From: a virus
Lineage: Duplodnaviria > Caudoviricetes
DNA: 56,148 nt
Strand: one strand, 5' to 3'
Virus record (IMG/VR): IMGVR_UViG_3300033142_000289
Span: 1 to 56,148 of that record
The notes beneath the pieces were generated by a model. That model saw nothing but the letters and a program-made list of their open reading frames with translations, did not search any database and was not told the DNA's origin. Positions 16,031-25,700 of this stretch are shown piece by piece (position 1 is the first letter of the stretch; each line of letters opens with the position of its first letter). The position numbers and the translations under genes were made by a program.

Positions 16031-17469
16031 TGGATAGAGTTACGGGGTTCTCTGATGAGATGATGTATAATCAAGCTAAGTTATTACACGGTATCGTGTT
16101 TGCCACAAAGAAACAAAAGGTAGGTAGAGGTAAGAACGCAAAGTTCATAGAAGTAAGGAGGTACGAGGTTGACGAAGAGGTAGACAAGAGAGCAATACAT
16201 AGTTTAGAATACTATAAAAACAAAATGAAAGACCAAACCAAAATTAAATTCAGAGATTATCAAAATAAAATTATTGTAAAAGGTTCAGAGATTTTAATTG
16301 TGAAGGGTATGTTATACCTTACAATGGAAGTAAGAACAGGAAAGACACTAACAAGTTTAGGTATAGCTAGGTTAATGAATAAGTCTAGTGTATTATTTGT
16401 TACCAAGAAAAAAGCTATTGGCAGTATTGAAAAAGATTATCAAGCACTAAAGCCGGACTTTGATATTGTGGTTATAAACTATGAGTCATTGCATAAAGTA
16501 GAAGGAGAGTTTGATTTAATTATATTAGATGAAGCACACAGTATGGGTGCTTTCCCTAAGCCTAGTAGAAGAGCAAAGCAGGTAAAGGAATTGCTGATTA
16601 AAAACAATAACCCTAATGTTATTCTCTTATCAGGTACACCAACTCCTGAATCATATAGTCAAATGTATCATCAGGTTTATGGAGTAAAGGGAAATCCATT
16701 TAAAGACTATGTAAACTTTTATAAGTTTTCTAAACAGTATGTAAATGTTAAGCAAAGAAAAATCAATTCTCTTTACATAAACGATTATCACGATGGACTA
16801 AAAACTATTATTGATGAAATGAAACCATACACAATATCTTATTCTCAAAAAGAAGCAGGGTTCAAGGTCGATACTCGTGAGCATATTCTTGAAGTAGATG
16901 TTGAGCCAATTACAAAGAAGCTTACGGCTCAATTAAAAAAAGATAGAGTTGTACAAGGGAAGGAAGAGGTTATACTAGGAGACACACCCGTAAAGCTTAT
17001 GATGAAGCTTCATCAGTTGTATTCAGGAACTGTTAAGTTTGAGTCAGGTAACTCAACTATAATTGATTATTCAAAAGCACAGTTCATACACGACAACTTC
17101 GCAGATGTAAAGATTGGAATATTCTATAAGTTTAAAGAGGAGTTAAATGCATTAAAGAAAATTTATGGAGACCAACTATGTACAGAACTTGACGAGTTTG
17201 ATACCACAAGTAAGTCTATAGCCTTACAAATTGTATCGGGTCGTGAGGGTATATCCTTACGAAAAGCAGATGCACTTGTATATTATAATATAGATTTTTC
17301 TGCTACATCTTATTGGCAAAGTAGAGACAGGATGACCACAAAGGATAGACTTGAATCAGATGTTTATTGGATATTTGCTAAGGGTGGAATTGAAAAAGAT
17401 ATTTACAAAGCGGTATCTAAGAAGAAAGACTACACGGTCAGTCACTTTAAAAGAGATTTATTATCTTAG
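16030..17469 (+). CDS. superfamily 2 (SNF2-like) helicase
   Basis: FRDYQ, EVRTGKT, INYESL, ILDEAH, LSGTP, SGREGISL, YWQSRDR. Start is 16030 or possibly 16225. Confidence 0.88.
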   Translation: MDRVTGFSDEMMYNQAKLLHGIVFATKKQKVGRGKNAKFIEVRRYEVDEEVDKRAIHSLEYYKNKMKDQTKIKFRDYQNKIIVKGSEILIVKGMLYLTMEVRTGKTLTSLGIARLMNKSSVLFVTKKKAIGSIEKDYQALKPDFDIVVINYESLHKVEGEFDLIILDEAHSMGAFPKPSRRAKQVKELLIKNNNPNVILLSGTPTPESYSQMYHQVYGVKGNPFKDYVNFYKFSKQYVNVKQRKINSLYINDYHDGLKTIIDEMKPYTISYSQKEAGFKVDTREHILEVDVEPITKKLTAQLKKDRVVQGKEEVILGDTPVKLMMKLHQLYSGTVKFESGNSTIIDYSKAQFIHDNFADVKIGIFYKFKEELNALKKIYGDQLCTELDEFDTTSKSIALQIVSGREGISLRKADALVYYNIDFSATSYWQSRDRMTTKDRLESDVYWIFAKGGIEKDIYKAVSKKKDYTVSHFKRDLLS

Positions 17470-17473
17470 CGGT

Positions 17474-17662
17474 ATGAGGTTTTTAAGATTCTTATTGATA
17501 TGGATTAGTCAAAACCTTGCAATACCCTTTTGGGTTGTTGGTCACATTCACTTGTCGATTCACAACTTTCACGACACAGTTGAGGTCTTGTCATCACTGA
17601 GTATGAATCTAATAGTAGCGATGGGTTTTATGTTAGACTATGAAAAATCAAAGGATGACTGA
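17474..17662 (+). CDS. small membrane protein
   Basis: ATG 17474; two hydrophobic stretches. Confidence 0.6.
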   Translation: MRFLRFLLIWISQNLAIPFWVVGHIHLSIHNFHDTVEVLSSLSMNLIVAMGFMLDYEKSKDD

Positions 17663-17894
17663 ACAACAGATACAAACAAAAAGAATTAAACAACTAGAAG
17701 CAGAGGGTTATTATGTTTTAAAATTAATTAAGACAAACAAAAATGGTATACCGGATATCCTAGCAATACCACCTAACGCTAATGTTTTGTTTAGTGAAGT
17801 TAAGACACCTAAGGGTAAAGTTTCTAAGCTACAAGAATACAGATTAAAAGAATTAGATGAGTATGGTTTTAGCACTGAAGTATATAGAGGATAA
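17655..17894 (+). CDS. VRR-NUC family nuclease / Holliday junction resolvase-like
   Basis: EQQIQ, GIPDILA, FSEVKTPKGKVSKLQEYR. Confidence 0.85.
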   Translation: MTEQQIQTKRIKQLEAEGYYVLKLIKTNKNGIPDILAIPPNANVLFSEVKTPKGKVSKLQEYRLKELDEYGFSTEVYRG

Positions 17895-18285
17895 AATAGG
17901 TTATGAGATAGATGAATACTTCTACTCAAAACTATCTGAGTTTCCATTAGATGATGCAGGGATTATTATAGGTCAGTGTTTATCTGTAATTGAAAAACTT
18001 CCTGAACGTGGTGGATGGGGACAAGAAGTTGCCGGAGTTGTATTAAAAAGAAACCCTATATTTTTTATAGTAGAATACTTAAACCAACCAAACGAGATAC
18101 CTATTTTATTAGACCTTAATCAAACAGATATAGATACTTATTTAGATTTTATATCAAACAATCAAACAATCAAACAATTATATTATGATGGAACAAGAAA
18201 TGGAAATACTGATGAGGAAAGAACAGGAGATAAATTTTTTAAGAGAGATTATAAAAACAATTCTAGGAGTAGAAGTAAAAAATAA
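17857..18285 (+). CDS. hypothetical protein
   Basis: 142 aa ORF; start uncertain. Confidence 0.6.
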   Translation: MSMVLALKYIEDKIGYEIDEYFYSKLSEFPLDDAGIIIGQCLSVIEKLPERGGWGQEVAGVVLKRNPIFFIVEYLNQPNEIPILLDLNQTDIDTYLDFISNNQTIKQLYYDGTRNGNTDEERTGDKFFKRDYKNNSRSRSKK

Positions 18286-18742
18286 TAAGAGTAGATTACG
18301 TCACGTTGTTAATGCTAAAATGATTTATGCATACATACTACATAAACATTGTGGTATGGGATGTAGCATCATAGCTAGGTCAATGAATTGTAATCACGCA
18401 ACCATTCTACATTACTTTAAAACTATACCTTGGTATTTAAAAACAGACATTAGTCTTCACAGGTCTTACGAGAAAATAAAATCTGAATTTATAGAGGAAT
18501 ATAACCCTGTATATTATATGTCAGAAATTGAACTAAAAAAAGAACTTATTTCTTTGAGAATTGAAAATAAAGATTTATCTTCACGACTAAGTAAATTAAC
18601 CGCCAAGCTAGAATCACTAGAGCAAGAGTCTAATAAAATTACTAAGTTAGTTAAGATAGTAAAGGAAAGAACAAGACCGGGAACTGAAGAGATGATAGCA
18701 CATAGGATGAATCAATTTTACAATGGAGTATACGACAAGTGA
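18185..18742 (+). CDS. DnaA domain IV-like HTH protein 2 with C-terminal coiled coil
   Basis: KSRLRHVVNAKMIYAYIL...IARSMNCNHATILHY, followed by a heptad-rich tail. Confidence 0.6.
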   Translation: MMEQEMEILMRKEQEINFLREIIKTILGVEVKNNKSRLRHVVNAKMIYAYILHKHCGMGCSIIARSMNCNHATILHYFKTIPWYLKTDISLHRSYEKIKSEFIEEYNPVYYMSEIELKKELISLRIENKDLSSRLSKLTAKLESLEQESNKITKLVKIVKERTRPGTEEMIAHRMNQFYNGVYDK

Positions 18743-18974
18743 TATAGAAAAAGTTTTAGGATATAAAACTTGGTCTGATAAAAGAAAGCAAGACGAACTT
18801 TTAAAAATGGACTGCTCTCTATACTGTCATCTAGGAACAGACAGTACTAAGTCAGAGAGGTACGAAGTAAAAAAGATGTCAAGGAAAATATACTTAGCAA
18901 TTAAAACTATTAACCACTCTATGGGTGTATTGTTTTTATCGACAATGGACCAACGAGAAAAAGAACGACTATAG
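18723..18974 (+). CDS. hypothetical protein
   Basis: 83 aa ORF in operon. Confidence 0.7.
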   Translation: MEYTTSDIEKVLGYKTWSDKRKQDELLKMDCSLYCHLGTDSTKSERYEVKKMSRKIYLAIKTINHSMGVLFLSTMDQREKERL

Positions 18975-18977
18975 CAA

Positions 18978-19172
18978 ATGCAAGGAGAAAGGTCTGCATA
19001 CGATAAAGAACGTATTGCTCACATCAACTATCTGATGGACCAAATCAACGACTCCGCCACCGAGATATACGAATCATTAGTTGACAGGGAGTACACTGAA
19101 GTAAAGTCCCAAGTAAAAAACTTGATATCTATACTTAAAGATATCTCTACTTCAGTTGAGGATGACATATGA
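18978..19172 (+). CDS. hypothetical protein
   Basis: 64 aa ORF in operon. Confidence 0.65.
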   Translation: MQGERSAYDKERIAHINYLMDQINDSATEIYESLVDREYTEVKSQVKNLISILKDISTSVEDDI

Positions 19173-19599
19173 CTATTCTCAATTTGCTAATGAGCAGCAG
19201 CTATTTGATTTCATAAAAGATAATTTTATATCGGACCTCATCTCTTCTGACAATCCCACATCTAGATATGATTGTTACTCTGAGAAATTCAAATCACATA
19301 TTGAACTTAAGTGTAGGAGAAAACATTATGATGAACTCATAATTGAAAAAGGAAAATACGATGCTATTTTAAAAAGGTGTAATGATGAGGGAACAATACC
19401 TATCTACATTAACTCTACACCTAAAGGTGTGTGGGCATTTTACTTAATAGGAATAAAAATAAAGTGGGAACATAGAGACCTACCTAAGCAGACAGATTTT
19501 TCTAGACGTGAAACTGTATCTAAAGAAATAGGATACTTAAACATAAAGAAAGGAAAAGATTTACTTTCTCTTCTTAACAAGTCTTCTCCTAGCTTTTAA
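19162..19599 (+). CDS. PD-(D/E)xK nuclease-like protein
   Basis: SRYDCY...HIELKCR motif. Confidence 0.6.
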   Translation: MTYDYSQFANEQQLFDFIKDNFISDLISSDNPTSRYDCYSEKFKSHIELKCRRKHYDELIIEKGKYDAILKRCNDEGTIPIYINSTPKGVWAFYLIGIKIKWEHRDLPKQTDFSRRETVSKEIGYLNIKKGKDLLSLLNKSSPSF

Positions 19600-19713
19600 T
19601 GGTTTGGCTCTTTCAGGTAGATACTTACTACCGCCATACTCTTCCCATTCTTTAGCCATTTCAGGATTGTTTGCATACATCCATCTTCTTTGTGCTTTAC
19701 TTTTAAACGGCAT
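19561..19713 (-). CDS. 50-aa small phage protein MPFKSKAQRRWMYANNPEMAKEWEE...
   Basis: Not in the track; ATG 19713 to TAA 19561. The MPFKSxAQRRW N-terminus is familiar from other phages. Confidence 0.75.
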   Translation of the reverse strand: MPFKSKAQRRWMYANNPEMAKEWEEYGGSKYLPERAKPLKARRRLVKKRK

Positions 19714-19722
19714 ATCTTTTAT

Positions 19723-22700
19723 TTAGTTTCCAAATTTTTGACTACCAAAGGTATCTTTACCTTTCTTCTTTCTTTTCTTTTTACCAAAGCCATCACCACT
19801 TCCAAAGCTTCCTGAACCAAATGAAGAACCTGATGTGTAATTCATTTCTTTATCTTTCAGTAATCTTTTTAACTCAGCCTCTCTTCTTTTCTGTTCCTTT
19901 AATTGTTGTTCAGATTCATAATCAGGAGAGTTAGGACCAAAGGTATCATACCACAACCTATAGTTATATCTTTTCATTTCGCTTCTTGAACTATAGTTAC
20001 CAAGCTTTTCTTTTTCTATAGCCGCAGCTTTTCTTTCTTGTGCTTGTTTTTTATTCATCTCTCCATATAAACTTCTTAAGACTAAACGTCTTACGTCTTT
20101 ATACATAGGAATGAATCCTGAGTTACCTAGCAATTCAAGAGGTAGTCTATACATTAATTCATCTGCCTGTCTTTCTTGTGCTTCAACTGTTTTCTTTGGT
20201 GCAGATGTAGCTTTCTTAACAATAAAATCTGCAGTCTTAACCGCAGGTCCTAAAGATGCAGCCATATTAGTTAGTATATCTCCAAGAGAAGAGCCTCTTC
20301 CGTCTTTACTTTTTGGTACAACTTGATATGATAATCCGTCTTTATAAACATCATACTCACCATCCCTTAAAAAGTCTAAGAACTCTTTATTGAATTCTTC
20401 AATACCCATATTAAGTATTGCTTTAGTTGCATTACCAAAGTCTCTACCAACAATCAACCCTAACATTGATGAAGCCACTGCTTGACCAAGTTTCTTCTCG
20501 ATGTCTTTAGGTTCTTCTTCTTCACCTGCAATACTTGCTAGTGCCTCACCCAATACCTGTGCCATCATAGTGTACATAATCATACGAGTAGTTGAACCTG
20601 CAAGTAATGCTGCTCCTTTTCTCTTACTCAAGTGACCTCTTCCTATTGCATTAACAATACCTGTTCTTGCAGTTACATATTCGTATATTAAGAATGTGGT
20701 CATAAAAGAATTAAACGCATTAAAGGCAGTTTTAAATCCACTGTCTCCCGGCTTTCTTGTTCCTTTTAATATTCCTAGAAATGGATTAGCAGTTGAACCT
20801 GTCATAACAGAAGTTTCGTCAGCTATCTCTGTAGCCTTAGCTAAAGCTTCTGCGTTATCTGCCATATACTTAGAATCATTTGCTGCAATCTTATCCATAT
20901 CAGGTTCTATACCTGTTATCTTTTTAAACTCAGATGCGAAAGACCCAAACCACATTGGTCTCATTACAATCTTATCAGGGGTAGATATTAATCCGTCAGC
21001 TAAAGTTGCTACACCGCTCTGATATTTTTTCCCTGACCTATTCCAAATTTGTACAAGCTTATTCATATACTTGCCCTTCGCTCTTCCACCCTTGATACCC
21101 TCTGCTTCTTTCATTATGTTGGTATCAATCATTCTACCCGACATATCTTCATTGGGATAAATACGGTTAGTCTGTTTACTTTTTAGATTCTCCATTGCTT
21201 TTGGAGCGGCATCACTATTTAAAAACTTAACACCAAACTTAGAACCTGCTACAAATGCAACCGGATTAGTAATCAATGCAAATGCAGTATTCGAAGTGAG
21301 TTCAGCTACCCATCTAGAACTACTTGCAAGTATAGCACGGTATCCATTTTTCTTTAACCAATTCATTGCTTCTTCTGCAATGGTAGTTTGTTGATACGCA
21401 GTTGTCAAAAGATTTTCTACAACCTCTTCATATGCATCTCTAATAGCGTTGAATTTTTCTCTATCCTTAGAATCCATTCTTGCTTTATCACCTTTAAGTC
21501 TAGCCTCAGCTACATTTAAAGTTCTTCTTGCAGTTCTAATAGGTTCTGTCATATGAAAATCTAACAACACACCTTTGGCTCCTCTTGTTGCAGAAGCATA
21601 CACATCAAAGTTCAATGCCGAAACAACTCCCTCTCTTTTAATTAAAGACTTTGCTTTTGTTGAACCCTTCATACCATTCATATACTGTGTTATAAATGAT
21701 TCACTACTGTTAGGGTCAAGTCCTTTTTCATTAACTACATTTAAATGAACATAGTTATTTCTTGGTTTAATACCTGTACCACGAATAATAGATGCAGTCT
21801 GAACCGCCATTGGTCCTAGTTCAGAATTAACTTCCTGTATTGTTTTAATAGAATTTTTTTCTGCTTCATTAAAACTATTATAAAGTTTCTCTAAGTTGAT
21901 TTCACCTGTTTCTTTATCAGTAAACTTTTCTAAAATCTCTGCCAACATTTCAGAGTCTTGCTGACTGAAGGTTGTCTTGTCTGTGTCAATAGCTTCTATA
22001 GTCTTTTTAACATATGCAGCAGCTTGATGTCTTGTCTCAGGGTTACCCAAGTTGGAATCGTGTTCAAGTTGAATCATATAAACCATCTGCTTAAACTTAG
22101 ACATTAAAGTTTTATTTGGATTTTGTTTAAATGATTTAGCAACTGCCGCTTCTGCCGCATCTATCTTACCTCTTAGTCTTTTGAATTGAGATGTAAACAA
22201 CTCCTGTGCCTTTGCAGATTCATTAAATAAACTATTAAAAATAGGTTTGCTTTTAAAATTTCCAAATACTTGGTCAACATAAAACAGAGGATTTCTCCTA
22301 ATAGCTTCAGAGATAGCACCCTTTCTAGTTAGCATACTTTTAAACTTAGCATACATCTTAGTTATTGGAAGCATCTTAGAACCTGATATTCCCCCTGCAA
22401 GTTCCTTACCATTCAACTGTGCGTTCATTTTCTCGTTCATTACCTGAACAAGATGTGGTGTGTATCCGTTGTTTATATTATTGTATAGCTTATCAATTTG
22501 TTTTAAATCTTCAAGTGAAAGATTTTCTATAGCCTCGATATTGTTTATCAGGCTTTCAAACATACCCGCTACCTTTCTCTCAAACTTACTTGGTAATTCA
22601 GATATCTTTAAGGCAGGTAGTTTTTTAATGTTCTTTAAAACTTCTTGTCTTTCTGCTTCAATTTCTGCATCTGTTTTTTCTACCTTCTCTTTCTTAGGAA

Positions 22701-25700
22701 GTATTTCACTCTTATACTTTTGCATTACCTCTAAGTCTACCTCATCAATGATACCATCATTAAGCATAGCCTTAATTGTTTTAGCGTAATCAATCTTACC
22801 GTCCTTATCAACAACTTTATTTTCAAATGCAGAATATTTTTCCTGCAGTTCAGGAACTTTAGAGTACTCTACATCAACCGCTTCTAATATTCTTTCTGTA
22901 ATTTTTTCAACCTCAGCTACTGCAGATGGATTTAAAATTGCTTTCCTTGCTCCAAACTCTGCAACTAAATCTATGTACTCTTGGAATACTGATTCAGGAA
23001 TCAATGAAGCCTTCATTGAGAATATTCTATTCAATTGAGTATTGACCGCATCGGCAATACCTATCTTAGTTCTTACATTTTTAATAGCCTGTTTGCGTTG
23101 CTTGTTAGCAACTGCCACTTCCTCTGCATAGTTAGCGTTCTTAAATACTCTACGCATATATTCAGCGAAGCTATCAATAGATGCATCACTAAGCATATTA
23201 ACCTTTGTAAATCTTTTAATTATAGCTGAAGCTTGTTTAGGAGTTATCTTTCCTTTCTGAGCCATCTCTCCTATCTGTTCAGCCAACTGCTTACTTGCCT
23301 CGACAAATGCTTGTATTGCATTTTTTGCTCCACGGTTTAAAGCTTTAATCTGTTCAGCTAATGCTTGTTTTTCTGTAAGCGTAATTTTCTTAGGGTCTAC
23401 CTTACCAAATAATAATCTTTTAGCAGACGGAGCCTTCTTATCTTTTTGCCCAAACTTTTTTCTCAAATCACGAACCATCTTTTCTCTCTGAACGTCAGTT
23501 GAGTTTTTATAAAGCTTAGTTCCTTTTAAATATTCTAAAGCTGCATTAAATATTTTAGTTGGACTTGTGCTTTCTTTTGTATTTCTAGCTTTAATCTTTT
23601 CAACTATACCATCTATTTCACTCATCACTCTATCAAAGCCTTTTGCAAACTTCTCGCTGACTTTAGATTTTTGATTAGCTTTAGGTCCTGCTTTTTCAAA
23701 CGCTGCTTTTATGTCAGGCATTGAAACACCTCTTCTATTTAAAACAGTTTTAATAGCAACCTCTGAGATACCCTGTCCCCTTGCATCTTTTATAAACGCA
23801 GCAACATCATCTCCTAAGGAGAACCTTGGCATCATACCTTGTGATTCCTTGGCGGCATCAAACTTATTATCTTTTTTAGCCTTAGCATCTACAGGTTTAC
23901 CTGCAAATAAATCAGCAAGACCTACATTGATAAACTCATCTAAAGACATTGCTTCTATTTTCTTTTCGTCTACATCAGCAAGTGTTGTGAATTTTTCTTT
24001 TATGTATTTAAAAGTGGCATTCATCCACTCTTTAAATCTAGATTTCTTAGCTGCATTAATAATGGTTTCACCCTTTGTAGCCATCAACTCTACTAACGCT
24101 TCCTCTCTTGCTAACTTATTATCCCCATACTTTTCTATAGCTGCCTTTAATGCAGGAGTTCCTTCTACAAGTTTTAATCCTTTCTCTAAAAGCTTAGTTC
24201 CTTTTCTACCACTAGACTTAGACCTCAAGAAATCAATCCATATATGTCCAAACTCGTGAATAGGTGTACCTAATGAAGCTTGTTCAGGATTTAAAAATAC
24301 CTTACCTTCTTTGGTCATACCAAGAATGGTCTTACCTTTTGAAACCTTAGTTCTAACACCCGGTTCTTTTAACATAGCATCAAACTCCTGTTGTGTTGCC
24401 ACTACAGTTACACCCGGAAATGCAAATCTAAATTTGGCAGCTAACTGTTGCATATCAGTTATGCCATCAGCTTGAACTGATGCACCCTGAAATGCTTTAT
24501 CATTAGCTACAGTTCCCATAGTTTGAGATGAAACATTTTTATCTGAAGGTCTCTTTCCTGCCTTATCCTTTTTAAATACTCTATTTGATTTTGCTTTCCA
24601 TTCAGGGAATACTTCCATTCCGCTTGTTGGATTTTTAATAAGCTTAATCAATCTACCCTTTGGACCTGAACCATAGTTAGGGTGGTCTATATCTATAACA
24701 CCACCATTCAAAACATCTACACCTACAATTGAAACCACGTCTCCTTTGTTTGCCTTCATCATAGAAGGTTCACCTACTGCAGCATAAATATTATCTGAAG
24801 CAAAAACATTTGAGTTATCCGTTGTTCCTTTGTATAGTGCTTTTAAGAATGTCTTGTTTGGAGTTGAAACTCCTTCAGGTGAGGTTATGTTGTAGAATAA
24901 TTCTGCTCTTTCATCAAGAGTTAAAGTGTTATTTACATCTCCCTTTGCTCTAGCATTTGCATCAGAAACAACCGCATCCATTAAACCTCCTAAGGTCTTT
25001 ATGTTTTTATCTGCTATAAATTGAAGAAGTCTAGGGTTGTTTCCAAACTTTCCTTTCTTTCTTTTTAAGTCAGACACAAGTTCATTTAAAGCGGCAGTTT
25101 GGTTTTCTGTTGATTGTTCTTTAATCTCGGGTGCAAGATACCTGAATACAAGTTCGTTTGAATTGATAGCATCATTACCCATACGGATAATCGCCATTGG
25201 AATATGTCCCTTTGGTAGTCTTCCCTCGTCCCACAATCTGTCAAACAAGTCTTTATTTTTTTTGTATAGTTTAACTGCGTTATCATATTGACCTTGAGAT
25301 GTTTCTCTTTTTACTCCTGCCCAAGCCGCTTTAACTTTAGCAAGTGCATTAAACATTACACCACCTTTTGCATTCATATCGTTACCCTTGGAATCTTTTA
25401 TTGTTCCACCTGCAGCGATATCTGAAACACCGGTAATCATAGGTATTCCATTAAACTCTTCAATACCACCAACCATATCGTCTTGTGATTCAAAACCTAA
25501 GTCGGTAACCTCGTTTTCATTTAAATTTGTAGAAGAATTACTAGCCTCAAAAGGATTAACTTGAGATGTTGTTTGACCTTTAGGAGTTGTAAAGTTTACC
25601 TCAGCCTCATCCATTTGATTCATCTCTTCAGTAATAGCTTCTGAGTCTGCGGGGTCAGCAACGAATGCCGACTCACCTTCTTCGGCTATACTAAATCTAG

